Origin: Octopus sinensis
Lineage: Eukaryota
DNA: 64,000 bases
Direction: 5' to 3'
NCBI RefSeq assembly: GCF_006345805.1
Contig: NC_043018.1
Span: forward strand, 248,001 to 312,000
This document shows, in pieces, positions 38,522 through 52,625 of the stretch. The position numbers and the translations under genes were made by a program. Each line of letters starts with the position of its first letter. Position 1 is the stretch's first letter. The notes under the pieces were generated by a model, which was not told where the DNA came from, ran no database searches, and saw nothing but the letters and a program-made list of their open reading frames with translations.

Positions 38522-39959
38522 ATAGATAGATAAATAGGTAGACAAATGGATAGATGCTTGAGTCTTCCACAGTGTGCATGTACGTGTGTCGGAAGAGAGA
38601 GGTCTTGCTTTGTACGTTTCAATTTCCATATTCCCATGGCAGCATGTCCGGACGCAGTGACTCTTAGCACCATCTGTTCCTTTGTCGATTCTTCGGTGCT
38701 TTGGTTGGTGACACTAGAACTGCTACGTATCAACACGCTCGGCATTGCTGTTTGGTGAACACATACATAAACACACACCGCTTTAAATTCACCTCTAATG
38801 TTTCCTAACGTTATCTTTTCATGAAAGCTTATAAACACAATTTCTCTTCCGATTGAGACAGATTTCTTATTTCTATTTTTAGTTCGTTAATGCAGTGCCT
38901 GAAGCTTCTTTCTGTCGTGAAAAATACTCTCAGTTTGCTGTAAAGATGATTGCCTCTTGGTCTATAAAGGTCATAAATTAGTGCTCCGAGTAAGCCATCT
39001 ACCAGAAAACATGAACTACTTACTCTAAGATTAATAGCTGGGCTTATGAAGCTCTAGTCTATTCATAACCTAGCTAACATACTGAAGTTTGATGTAGACA
39101 ACTTTTGCACATTTGCAAATTCAACACATTTTGTCAGACACTTCTACGACTGAGTATATTTGTGAAGCTATGTAGCCCTCTACCACATCTTGTTCTTCCA
39201 CACAATGTTTCCATAACACAAATTTGCTATTTTAATCGCCCAATAAATGTAATGCGCCACATGTTTTCTGAGTCTGAACAAATTTTCCCCCATTCAGCCA
39301 GACCTTGGTGTTAATGATCCCAAAGTTGTCAGCGCTACGGATGCTCAATTTTTAACCAAACCACGTAGAATTCAGATATCTGGAGTTTGAACAATCAACT
39401 GAATTACATTGACAGTGATACTCGAGCTTGGCTGCTGTCCAAAATGAAAGCGGTATCGTGAGTGGAGAAATATAAAACGATATAGGTACAATGTGTGATT
39501 AATGTGTGCTTATGCTTGTACGAGTGTAAGTATACGTGCATGTGAATGTATTTATATTATAGTCAAAAGACATTGATTGTAACCAATGAATAAATCAATA
39601 AATGAAATATATATAAAAAAAAAAGCGAACTCCGTTTGCAGTCACTTGCCTGCTTTAGGAGGGATGTTCTTTATATAATAATTATCATTTTTCAATAAGT
39701 GTGTGATTTCGATGCACCCCTGTATGCGCGATTGGCGATTTTGATAATAATCTGTACGTCTGCGCGTCAGTATTTCTTTGCTAGCAGCCATTCTCTCTGT
39801 CATCACTGATATACGTCATATCAGTGAGAGCATTTCAAATATCCAATGACTACTTTTATTCACTGTCATAGTTGATTCACTCAAACAGTTACTTTTTAAG
39901 AAATATCATATTTATCTATCTTAATACACCCGCATGTATACACACATGGATGCATACAT

Positions 39960-39963
39960 ACAA

Positions 39964-40011
<48 letters not shown>

Positions 40012-40266
40012 TATATATATATATATATGTGTGTGTATATATATATATATTTATATATATATATATATATATAGATACAAATATGTGTGTGTATACATAT
40101 GTATATTTTTACATACAAATAAATGAATGTATATGTATATATATATAAATATGTGTGTGTATACATATGTATATATTTACATACAAATAGATGAATGTAT
40201 ATGTATATATATATATAAATATGTGTGTGTATACATATGTATATATTTACATACAAATAGATGAAC

Positions 40267-40300
<34 letters not shown>
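39960..40300. repeat. (TA)n plus ~70-bp minisatellite, three copies
   Basis: The unit AATATGTGTGTGTATACATATGTATATATTTACATACAAATAGATGAATGTATATG… recurs at about 40079, 40148 and 40218. Confidence 0.9.
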
Positions 40301-40301
<1 letters not shown>

Positions 40302-41210
40302 TATGAATGTATGTGTTTGTATCTATGCATGTACGCACACACATATGCATGTACATAAATACACACACATATATATATTTATTTATATATGTGTGTGTGT
40401 GTATACGTATGCGTGTGTAGCTATATGAATGTGTATGTATGCATATTTTCATACGTATGTCTTATGTACGTGTGTTTATTTTCCTATGCATCTATATATA
40501 TATACATCTTCAATTTTTTTTATAGTTGAATGTTCTACTCAATACATACAAATATTGTAACCAAAAAGAACATTCACTAAATAAAAAAGCAAAAAGAAAA
40601 AAAAATAACTGAGAAAAAGATCTCAGGTCAATAAAGACATTCTTAATGCGAATATCGTGTATGTCATTAATAATTTTGATCAAATCTTTGCTTTGTCTCT
40701 CACTTGTATGTTGAGTAGGAATATTGGTTTCGTTAATGACGCTAAAATGATACTGTCTTTTGTTATAACACCACATATGTATTAATGCTCACATTTCTGC
40801 TGCTGTTGTTTTTCTCCTTTCGATTTTTATTACGAAAATTTTGTTTTCAATTTTGAAAGTTTGTTAACTTCAAATTATATATTAGCAACGATGCTTTTCT
40901 TATCTTGGTTCGTATTCTGTTAACAGACATCGGCATAATTCATTCCTATGATGACATGCATCTAAGTCTCCTTTCTCTTTGTAAGTCTTCTATATTTCTG
41001 CTTTTCATTCTATTGTTAATGTCATTCTTCTTCGTTCTTGTATCTGGTTTGCAAGATGCTCTTTGAATTCGTGTGTTGAAACGAATTCCGTTGTGCTCGG
41101 GAGAGTCAATATGCCGATATTACTAACACACGCTCTGGTTCAATTCCACCCCTTTACAATTAGACAATTGTTTAAATATCCAACTAATTAATTGATTCTT
41201 TGTTTAAATA

Positions 41211-41593
41211 GGCGTAGGAGTGGCTGTGTGGTAAGTAGCTTGGTTGCGGACCACATGGTTCCGGATTCAGTCCCACTGCGTCGCACCTTAGGCAAGTGTC
41301 TTCTACTATAGCCTCGGGCCGTCCAAAGCCTTGAGTGGACTTGGTAGACGGAAACTGAAAGAAGCCCGTCGTATATATGTATATATGTGTGTGTGTGTGT
41401 GTGTTTGTCCCCCCAACATCGCTTGGCAACCGATGCTGTTGTGTTTCCATCCCCGTAACTTAGCGGTTCGGGAAAAGGGACCAATAGAATAAGTACTAGG
41501 CTTATGAAGAATAAGTTCTGGAGTCAATTTGTTCGACTAAAGGCGGTGCTCCAGCATGGTCATTGTCAAATGACTGAAACAAGTTAAAGAGTA
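41211..41593 (+). mobile_element. SINE family C, full length
   Basis: GGCGTAGGAGTGGCTGTGTGGTAAG…GACTGAAACAAGTTAAAGAGTAA. Confidence 0.93.
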
Positions 41594-42532
41594 ATTTAGT
41601 TAAACAGCAACTCATTTGTTTGATTTGTTTATCACAGCACCTTCGTTGCTACTGGCAACCTTTTCGATGACTTTCTTCCTACTCCGTTACATCTACCAAT
41701 ATTTGTAGAGGAAACAACAAATATGGGGCACGTACATTGACACCATTTTGTGCAATGTTTTCCTTCTAGCACGATTTGAAATCTCTGTAATTATGATGTT
41801 AAAAACTACCCGAGTTGCATGAAACTTTATCAAGCTGCGTGTATGTACATGAAATATGGATGCGTAAATTATATGGACAATCTCTCTCCCTCATTATTTC
41901 CAATTTCCCCCTCTCTTCCTTCTGCGAGTGCATGTGAGTGTTTGTGACCGCCTTTTGTGCGTATGCATATTTGTAAATGCTTAATGGCGGATATGTTGCA
42001 ATTCAATGGATTTTACATAATCAAAACAACCAACTCCTAAAGCAACAACTTCCGTTACGGGGCAAATAATTGAAATAAATTTTAGCTGAAACCTTCTTGA
42101 AAAGAAATCATATCAGCGTTGAGAACTATCTGACCAGGCGTATGAAATGCTGTGATTCTCGGCCACTTATGACTGCAAGTGAAAGAGATAAACAAATCAA
42201 GTCTGTCATTGTTGTGAAGCTACGTAATAAATGTTTGCTCATGAATGTAGGTAGGCGGTAGCATAGCTAATTGTTTCACGCTAAAATGGCCATCACTTAG
42301 AATCCATCTATTCATTTTATCCGCTCGGCATTTCTGGAATGATCGTGAGGTTAGAGCCCTCAGAGGTTCTTTGCATAATATCTTATCAGAAATACTGGAA
42401 TTGCAACTTTAAATTGAATATAGTCTCGCATTATACATTCATTTAGATTATCATCTGGTGCATGACAAACGCTCAAATTCGATCTCGGTACACATGCTAG
42501 CGGAGAGTCAGTGGCAGATCTGTAGTATTTCA

Positions 42533-42616
<84 letters not shown>

Positions 42617-42619
42617 CAT

Positions 42620-42838
42620 ATCAACATGTGATCTCTTGAGCACCACCAGCTCAAATATTTTCTCCTCTGTCTTCCCTCCTTGGGATCTTTCCTTCTCCTT
42701 GTTTCCGACGAAGAGCTCCGCTCGAAACGTTAAGCCTTCCTTCCCTTCTTTCATGAGCGTCAATAATACTTTTATTGTTCCACGTCCTGCGTTGCTGTGT
42801 TTTTTTCTCTTTTTTTCTGTGTTTTCTTGTTTGGATTA

Positions 42839-42840
<2 letters not shown>
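42620..42840 (+). mobile_element. F1 repeat with HHR-like motif (42701-42735)
   Basis: GTTT-CCGACGA-A-GAGC(TCC)GCTC-GAAA-CGTT-AAGC, between two TA runs. Confidence 0.75.
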
Positions 42841-42879
<39 letters not shown>

Positions 42880-42880
<1 letters not shown>

Positions 42881-43140
42881 AACAAACACACACGCAACTA
42901 TCTATGTATCTCCGTCAATCAGATCCACTCTCGACGATATTTGGAAAATACTCTTTCCAAGGTGCCACGCTATGGGACTGAACCAAGACCCATGCGGTTG
43001 GGAAACAAGCCTCTTACCACACAGCTACGCCTACTCCTATATATGAAATTTTGGTATAAGGCCAGCAAGTTCGGGGAAGGGTCAAGCCGATTACATCGAC
43101 CTCGGTGTTCAACTACCATTTATTTTATCGACCCCATTAA
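42880..43140 (-). mobile_element. Degenerate SINE C head (to about 43040) and SINE A2 tail fragment (about 43055-43140)
   Basis: …GGGACTGAACC…CTTACCACACAG and GATTACATCGACC…TTTTATCGACCCC. Confidence 0.7.
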
Positions 43141-43869
43141 GCACTTTTCTACGGTATGCTAACTGGTCCCTAGTCGTTATACAAACATACAGAAAACTTT
43201 CTAGGAAAATCCTCATTTAAATACATATGAACATGTTTAGATTTGCAAGTATATGCACGAGGACACATAAAGCAAAGTATACAAATCTGCAATCATACAT
43301 ACCCTGTGGTTGATGTTGAAACTCCAATGAAGGAGTCGTGTGTGTGTGTGTGTGTGTGTAATTTCATCAACTTACCTGAACATAAATTCGGAGACTTAAA
43401 CAATAGCCGTTACGCACTTTCGGTATTCATAGTTCTCCTTATTGTCACCTTTTCAGGATATCAAAATGCGCTTTATTAATATTAGACATGAGACACTTTC
43501 TTGGAAATGACAAATACCAGAAATATTATTTCTTCCATTTTAAAGGCCACTGGCGATGGAAATGTGTTGACATGCAGGTTTAGCAGTCAGGAAATAGGCA
43601 CTTAACTGGAAACCTGCACATTAGCGGTCTCGTGTGTGTCAATAACGTTTTGAAAAGCAAAGAAGTTATCAAAGTAACTCCGCAGTATACTTGAGGACTA
43701 AATGGATTACTTAGGACAGCACAATTTACTCACAATGTGAGAGGGAAGGAGGAAATCTCTAAACAAATGCCTACCGCATTTCAAGCTGTCAGTGGTCGTT
43801 CATTTTTAGTAGAAAGAGGCATAGAAGAGCAAAGCAGCAATCGCTAACATATGCAAATACATTACCGAC

Positions 43870-44450
43870 ATGAGACTGGAAGCTGCTCGTTGCAATATTC
43901 TCACCTTACTTCATTCAAGAAGTGAAAATCGAGCGGAAAGACTATATTTTTATCAGACGATTTTAACAGATATGTCATTAATATTATAGAGAGACCAGAA
44001 GCACGTCTTGCAAAAAACGGATCGATCAGCGAAGTTAATGTAGGCTCTACATTCTTTGAGAATGGAAAGCAGAAAAAGGGTATAGTTAAGGAGTGGTGTA
44101 GGATTTTCTATAGAGACCAAAATAATTGAGAAGCTCAAAGATCATTCTGGCACAGCGGATAGAATAATAGGTCTTTGGCTACTACCGGATAAAGGAAAGT
44201 ACGTGACTACGGTTGGTATGTATATGCCCTCAGAGTGACAATCTCTCAAGATGATATTGCTCTGTGTTCGTGCAAGAAAGTTATTTGGCTTTCCACAAAG
44301 ATGACAAGATATTTTTAATGGAATACTTTAATGCTAGCCTAGGAGCTTAGCGTGATATGTGGAATTGCTTGGGAAAACTTGGTCTTGGAATAGCAAACAG
44401 CAATGCAATGCAATGCATCACCCGCATTTATGCAATAATGCCTGGCTCTC
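43870..44450 (+). pseudogene. RTE (BovB-like) LINE apurinic-endonuclease domain relic
   Basis: Across frameshifts: CNILTLLHSRSENRAER (WNVRTLLD…RPERR), EARLAKNGSISEVNVGSTFF (ETRL…GYTFF), SGVGFSIETK…DRIIGL…GKYVTTVGMYMP, DKIFLMEYFNASLG (DKLILLGDFNARVG), LGKLGLGIANSN. Confidence 0.85.
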
Positions 44451-44885
44451 AAAGAACGAGTACAAACGGATAAGAATGTACACATTTTCAAAGTATTGTT
44501 GGAGGATGACGTTTAATTCCTAAAAGCTGTAAGGGCAGCCAACATCCGAAATATAAGGGTATATATAGTGAGTTCCATGCTGTTGAGTTGAATTCCGATC
44601 AGCGTGGAAGTTGAGTTTTTTAATATAAGCGTTGTAGTTTATTCGAAGCAATCCAAAAGCATTTCATGTAACTACTGTGGGCAACTACCACCATTTTTTT
44701 CTTTGATATTTGGAATGTTGTGGCAGCGCAGCTACTCACTGACCATTGAGTGAATCTGAATAAACATTGTCTGTTTATATGAGTGATAAACTGTGAGTGT
44801 ATTAATGTTTGTGTGTATGCTTGTGCGCTTGGATGCCTTTGCGATAGTTGGTGTTTATTATTATGAGAGAGAAAGAGAGAAGGGG

Positions 44886-45578
<693 letters not shown>

Positions 45579-45759
45579 GAGAAAAAACTGAAGAAAGAAA
45601 AGATATAGTGAAGCTGATTAAAATAGGTTCGCTGAAAAAAATCGCAATGCTTCTTCATCTTAAAATACCTCACCTACTGCCGTGGTATTAAGAACATATA
45701 TAAAAAGAAAACAGAGATATCCACCCACAATACTAGCGTGTTTTAGCTTTATTGAATGA

Positions 45760-46400
45760 TCGTTTCATTAGCGTTGTTTGAGACACATACCAAATGTGAA
45801 ATATACCACACGTATTTCGGATATCGAAGTTCTAGTGAAATCTAAAATGGATACACATGAAACTATGACCTTTCGAAGCGTATTTAAGTTGGAGGAGACA
45901 TCTATGTTGGGACCTGTAATAGTAGGATTCAAAGTAACATATTTTTTATGGGGAACTGAAACGAGGCAAGAGAAAACCCAAACCCAAAGAGTAGTGCGGA
46001 GAGATTGAGGAATTGTGATTTTTCTGTTGAGAACTGGTAAGGATGATGAGCTACCGATAGGGCCAGGCAGAGAAAAATTCTTTTATGGCGCAGCTTTTCA
46101 TGAGAGAGAAATAAATCAGCATGCAACACACAAAAGAAGAATTCGGAAGACGTAGTGCGTTGCTACATCAAAATGTGCGAACAAAGATAGCCAAATCGAA
46201 ACAATTCGAAGAACCTGTCTATTGCTGGTTTCAGTTCGAAGAACCTGTCTATTGCTGGGTTCAAGAGCAGCCTGGGGTAACATGGTGATATGAAGCAAAT
46301 GAAGTTGTCTCCACAACACAGTTTGAAGCGCAACGTGTGTGCCAAAGTGATTAAGTCGAAAGGAGGCTTGAAAAGTCATGTACGAAGTCATGGAAGGAAA
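45760..46400 (+). pseudogene. RTE (BovB-like) LINE C-terminal region with C2H2-type zinc-finger relic
   Basis: FH*RCLRHIPNVKYTTRISDIEVL, HIFYGELKRGKRKP, NW…ATDR, GAAFHEREINQHATHKRRIRK, (R)NVCAKVIKSKGGLKSHVRSH. Contains a tandem duplication of TTCGAAGAACCTGTCTATTGCTGG. Confidence 0.82.
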
Positions 46401-46481
46401 ATAGTTTCAAGAAGTTATTTCGAGATGACAAAATCGAGAGCACCCGTACGCGTTCGGGCGCGCACGACCACATGCACAGAA

Positions 46482-46519
<38 letters not shown>

Positions 46520-46607
46520 TTATTAGAGACAAAACCACTATTTTGCAAAACAAACAAGGAAAGACTTAATCAATACATAAAATTTTAATAAATAGTCAAA
46601 AAAACCG

Positions 46608-46650
46608 CCACTACAATTGTTTCTTGTCTTGATCGACAATCTTCAGGTGG
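46608..46650 (-). ncRNA. Minimal type I hammerhead ribozyme motif (inverted copy)
   Basis: Exact reverse complement of 47131-47173. Confidence 0.75.
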
Positions 46651-47130
46651 ACTTCCAATCTAAAATATCAATAGTGATGTCCGTTTCTAGAGCGGGAATG
46701 TGGGTTGTATGTGTGTGTGTGGGAGTATGAATAAGTATTGTGTTGAAGTATTTAGCTATTTTATTTATTTATAGTTGCCTAGACGTTTTTATGTGTATGT
46801 ATAGGGATATATATATAGGTGTGTGATTTAGTGTATGTAGTTAGATATGGTTATATATAATTAGTTTATGTGTATGGGGGTATATATAGTTTATTATTAT
46901 ATTATTATTATTTTTTTTGTTTTGTTTTATATTTTTTTATATTTTATATTTTATATTTTATATTTAATTGTGATAGGTTTATTTTAGTTTATATATTGTT
47001 TATATATTGATTATATATGGATTATATATAGGTTATATATGGATTATATATTTATATTTTTTCATTAATACTTTAATTATTTTAATTATTATGTTTTTAT
47101 TTTAAAATATTGATATTTTACATTGGAAGT

Positions 47131-47173
47131 CCACCTGAAGATTGTCGATCAAGACAAGAAACAATTGTAGTGG
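47131..47173 (+). ncRNA. Minimal type I hammerhead ribozyme motif
   Basis: CCAC-CTGAAGA-TTGTC(GATCAA)GACAA-GAAA-C(AATT)G-TA-GTGG. Complete core, 4-bp helix I, 5-bp helix II, palindromic helix III (ACAATTGT) and a GUA triplet. Confidence 0.8.
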
Positions 47174-47372
47174 CGGTTTTTTTTGACTATTTATTAAAAT
47201 TTTATGTATTGATTAAGTCTTTCCTTGTTTGTTTTGCAAAATAGTGGTTTTGTCTCTAATAATATTTTATAATATTTTACTATAAAATTGGATTTAATCC
47301 TAAATCTGATTTTTTCCCTGTAAATTTGGATTTATTCCCTAATATTTATATATTATATATATATATAATATC

Positions 47373-47452
<80 letters not shown>

Positions 47453-47454
<2 letters not shown>

Positions 47455-47884
47455 GCGTACGAGTGGGTGTGTGGTAAGTAGCTTGCACACCAACCACATG
47501 GTTCCGGGTTCAGTTCCACAGCGTTGCACCATAGGCAAGTGTCTTCCACTATAGCCTTAAGCCGACCAAAGCCTTGTGAGTGGATTTGCTAGATGGAGAC
47601 TGAAAGAAGCCCGTCGTTTATAAGTATATGTATATATATATGTATGTGTGCGTATATGTTTGTGTGTCTGTGTTTGCCCCCCCCCCACACACACACACTC
47701 ACATCACTTGACAACAGATGCTGGTGTGTTTAGGTCCCCGTAACTTAGCGGTTCGGCAAACGAGGCTGATAGAATAAGTACTAGGATTACAAAGAAGAAG
47801 TCCTGGGGGCGATTTGCTCGACTAAAAAGGCGTTGCTCCAGCATAGCCACAGTCAAATGACTGAAACAAGTAAAAAGTAAAAGA
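47453..47884 (+). mobile_element. SINE family C, full length
   Basis: Head through …GACTGAAACAAGTAAAAAGTAAAAGA; starts directly after a TA run. Confidence 0.92.
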
Positions 47885-48816
47885 TACACGCGTCATGTGT
47901 GTGTGTATGTGAGTGCGTGTGTATAAGTACATACTCCAGTAAGAAAACACACATATACATGTATCAATTATTTCAGCGTGTACGTTGGTGTGGATACACA
48001 CACAGATGTCCATTCACCGATGCATATGCAAGCATAATTCAGTACGCAATTAGATTTGTAACTGTTGTTTATAACTTTATGAAAACTTTTAATGAGTGCA
48101 TTATAACTTAAGATACGCTGTTGCATCTAGTCATAAACTCGCTCACCTGAGATATGAATGTCCATACTACACCTTACAAACTCAAATTATCTACACACCT
48201 ACACAGTACACAACTGCTTACAAACACACATATATATAGTGTATATATCTACATATCTCGTTTGGTAAATATTTAATGCAAAATAATGTAAAAATTATAT
48301 TATGCAGCACTTGATATTTCGTTTATAAAATCAAAAGCATAGTTCGTGTTAACATAATTAATTTGACTTCAGTTGGTAGAGATAAATCGTTTGGAAGAAA
48401 CAGTAATGAATGATCAGGTAGAATGCATTCATCGAAGCAAGTAAAACGCAAAAAAGCAGTAAAGGAAAAAAAATGGAAGATATATTTATTAGATAGAGAA
48501 ATATATTTTTGATTTAAGATAATAATTCATATATACGTACAGATAAGAAAAGTGATTTTTCACTCGAATTTCAATCATATCTATTCCGAATTCATTTAAT
48601 TGGAAAAAAAATTAAGCCTATGTTCTTTTAAAAATTATTTCCGGTAATTATGTATGAAACATTTAGAAAATTCATTGATGTTAACTTTTTGATTTTTACT
48701 TACTGTATTTTAATTTATTTTCTTTTCGCAAATGTTATAGTTTCTCCTACGCGGTTGCTAGTTTTACTGCCTCTGCCTCTAGTAATACACATTCTGTAGT
48801 AATAGTAGTACTTCTT

Positions 48817-49225
48817 TCATTATTATTATTGAGTGATAGAGAAGTGCATATCATCAAAGTGAAACTGGGGTAAAATATACGAAGCCCTGTATACCCATCT
48901 TGACTTCCCGTCTGATAAGCGTACACCACAACGATATGCGCGCGAGATGGTGATTTCCTACCATGATAAATAGTGCATGAGCCAGCAGGTGGCGCCCAGT
49001 TAGAATTTTTCCAGGTCGAGTAGCCTATCTTGCTCAAAAGGTCCCTCGATAAATTTTGTTGAAGAATATTGAACGAAACACCCATGTTTCCAGAGGTGAA
49101 TTATTCAGACCCCAAAGCATTCCTCTCAAGACATGGCTATGATACTACTTTACTACTTCTGCTCGTGATCATAGAAGCACATATCGACAGCCGCTAAGGG
49201 ACATGTTCAACTGGTAAAGGCCCTA
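48817..49225 (-). mobile_element. Repeat family D (copy 3), with (AAT)n tail
   Basis: Homology to the other D copies; the minus strand ends …CTATCACTCAATAATAATAATG. Confidence 0.78.
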
Positions 49226-49399
49226 AAAAAGAGATGACATATATGTATCAAACGTTTTATAGCCATATTGTACATCATCGAGCAATTTCGAGAGCGGTAT
49301 TAAGGCTAGTTAAAAGAGAAGTGGTGATAGTCACCGTGGGAAATGCCACATGAAATTTTTACATCTCCAGTATTGAGAGATTCATTGTAACTGTTCAAA

Positions 49400-49756
49400 G
49401 TGCCCTTGTGGCAAAATTTGAAACATTATTATTATTATTATTACTGTTATTACTATTGTTGTTGTTTTCGTTGGTTTTGTTGATGTTATTACTTGTAGAA
49501 GCTGTATTAGTAGTAGTAGCATTAGCAGCAGCAGTAGTACCTGCAGCAGAAGTAGTAGTATTTGCAATAACAGCAATAGGAGTACTAGTTGTATTGGTAA
49601 TAGTAGTAGTATCAGTAGTGGGTTATGTAGTAGCAGCAACAATAGTAGTAGTAGTAGCAGCAACAATAGTAGTAGTAGTAGTAGCAGTAGTAGTACTTTT
49701 AGTAGTAGTAGTAGTAGTACTTTTAGTAGTAGTAGTAGTAGTAGTAGTAGTACTTT

Positions 49757-49788
<32 letters not shown>

Positions 49789-49890
49789 CTTTTAGTAGTA
49801 GTAGTAGTAGTACTTTTAGTAGTAGTAGTAGTACTTTTAGTAGTAGTAGTAGTAGTAGAACTTTTAGTAGTAGTAGTAGTAGTAGTAGCG
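49400..49890 (+). repeat. SINE A2 tail remnant followed by long (ATT)/(GTA)n compound microsatellite
   Basis: GTGCCCTTGTGGCAAAATTTGAAACATTATTATT, then about 460 bp of GTA/GCA triplets with a recurring GTACTTTTA interruption. Confidence 0.92.
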
Positions 49891-50656
49891 GCGACAGCAA
49901 CTCGTTATCAAAATGAAGTGTAACCATAGATGATAATTACATGGAACTTGTCCTGCCTAATTATGAGCGTATACACCTGCCTGATTGAGACAAAAATCAA
50001 TATCACAAATGGCTATTTTGTTGAAAACGTTCCTCTGTTTTAAAAATATATTTTCCTTCACCAAATACACAGATACACTTCCATATAACGTTTCTGCTGG
50101 ACATCGGGATAGAGTTAGAATCATCAAAAATTATTATTTCTATTTGACCATCTTTCTATTCTCTAATGACGAATGCTAGAAATGCCTCAGAATTCATGAG
50201 AACACTTCATACATTGGGGTTGTGAACAAAGCTTCTTTTTTTTTTTTGATTGATTAGATTTCGGAATGTATGGAGGCAAGAACATTTTGCATTCTATAAC
50301 GCCAAATTCCACACTAATTTCGCACTGACAATGCTGATACCAAAATTAGAGTTACTAGAATGGGCACTTGGAGACACTGCAACTACAAGAGTTACATCTA
50401 CATCAGGTGTGTCATTGACTGTATCAATTTTAAATGGGGTTTATGCATTCAGAGTTACGAAGGTAGAAAATACGGTCTCTCATATCAGTTATCCAGTTAC
50501 TACAGAATAGTGTAGAGGGAGATCTGAATAGATATGCACACAAGAACGACGATAATAACATTATGAAATGAGGCCACGTTTTCTTGATTTGGCAATCTTA
50601 GTGTACACTTATTCCATGTGAACAACCTATACAGGGTGGAAATACTTAATTTTTAG

Positions 50657-51017
50657 CTTTTACCTGTTTCAGTCATTGGACTGCAGCCATTGTGCGGCAC
50701 TGCATTGATGAACGTTTTGTTGAATAGATCGACTCATGTACTGAATTTTTTAAGCCTAATACTTATTGTGTCGATCTCCTTTTGCTGGATCACGAAGTCA
50801 CAAGGATCTAAACAAACCAACACTGATTGTCAAGCGGTGGGGAGAAGCAAATGCAGCCACAGAGACACACACACGCATATACGACGGGTTTCCCCCGGTT
50901 CCCGTCTACGAAATCCACACACATGGCGTTGGTCGGCCATTGGCTACAGCAGAAAACGCTTTCCATGCAAGGGACTGAAGTCGGTACCATGTGGTCTGGT
51001 TGCAAGCTTCTTACTAC
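50657..51017 (-). mobile_element. SINE family C, old and diverged
   Basis: TTTTACCTGTTTCAGTCATTGGACTGCAGCC…ACCATGTGG…AAGCTTCTTAC. Confidence 0.8.
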
Positions 51018-52029
51018 GAAGCGACAGAAAATTTCTATATTTGTATCCACCCACGAATAGTAGCCTCCCTTAGATTTGGCATAAATGCATCACACCTAGA
51101 AAGTTTATACCTTCACTCAAGGAGTTACATCGATACGATATATTAACCAAGAGTTAAGATGCAGATACCCTTAGACTTTTACTTTGTGATAGGATGTGAC
51201 AAACTGCTGGCATCAGTTGTTAGTTATCAGAGCACTGCATCCTTCAAAACTTCCATGCTTCCTGAGATTAGCCAAAACTACACCTGATTTTCTCCCCTCC
51301 ATACACACGCAAACATGTATCTGACTCATACACTGTTCACTTTCCAGATATTTGTACATTACTGAATACACTTTATACGCACTTTCTGATAATTTGTGGT
51401 GCACCTGAGCACTGTATACGATAATTTCATTATTATAATTTGACCTTGCCCGTGTCAAACAAAATCCTTAGATTTATATTCAAATGCTTCTAAAAACATA
51501 CAAAGCAATACACAGAGGAGACTGACCACTTGGCTATAGTAAAACCATACCAAATACACTATATGACAGCTTCAAAAACAAACACCACTGGCTAGCCCTC
51601 CCCCAAAAGACTCTAGCTCGGCGATAGGCGGGATCTTGTACGGGACATGGAGCGAAACATTTGAACTTCAGCAAATGTGTGAAACATTATAGAGGATGCG
51701 AAAATTTGTTACTCGAGCTATGGCATGATAAGAATTGACATTCATGTGCAATATTTTCATAGGTGCGCTGGATTATGAAGTAACAGATTTGTATGCAACC
51801 CTAAAAATCAAAGGGTTTACTAAGTTCAAGTGGGGTATACACACAACAACACACATACATAGACGTACATATATGCACACTTGAATTTTACATATGCACA
51901 AATCCAATGCACTATCTTGAATTAAATCAAAGAGATTTCTCACTGAATGAAGGATCGGCTTCAATTCAAAGAAATAATCTCAAATAAATCCACCGGAATT
52001 GTGCATGCTTAGATGTTTATGAACTTGAA

Positions 52030-52050
52030 TATATATAATATAACATTGTT

Positions 52051-52130
<80 letters not shown>

Positions 52131-52173
52131 GTGTGTGTGTGTGTACATCCACCTATGTATGTATACATATACA

Positions 52174-52216
<43 letters not shown>

Positions 52217-52430
52217 ATCTATCTATCTATATATATATATATATCTATCTATCTATATATATATATATTATATATATATATACATCCATCTATATGTATA
52301 TATATACATCCATCTAGCTATATATATATATACATCCATCTATATATGTATATATATACATTTATCTATATATGCACATTCATCTATATATGTATATATG
52401 CACATCCATCTGTATATGTATGTGTACGTG

Positions 52431-52470
<40 letters not shown>

Positions 52471-52541
52471 TCCATCTATATATGTATGTATATATATATA
52501 TAATATATATATATATATATACATCCATCTATATATGTATG

Positions 52542-52579
<38 letters not shown>

Positions 52580-52625
52580 ATATATATTCATGTATGTGTA
52601 TATATATATATATAGAGAGAGAGAG
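52030..52625. repeat. Compound (TA)/(TG)/(TCTA)/(TACATCCATCTA) microsatellite
   Basis: Visible directly in the sequence. Confidence 0.95.

Larger units (their letters stand above)
46514..47340 (+). mobile_element. Penelope-like non-autonomous element with inverted terminal copy (159-bp arms)
   Basis: 46514-46672 is the reverse complement of 47109-47268 (about 1 substitution and 1 indel). The right arm continues into a terminal segment …GATTTATTCCC related to 55210-55275. AT-rich spacer; TA flanks. Confidence 0.75.

Noticed and set aside
49382-49927. Poly-Leu and poly-Val ORFs of 181 and 171 aa resembling membrane proteins
   Set aside because: They are readings of a (GTA)n microsatellite grown from a SINE tail.
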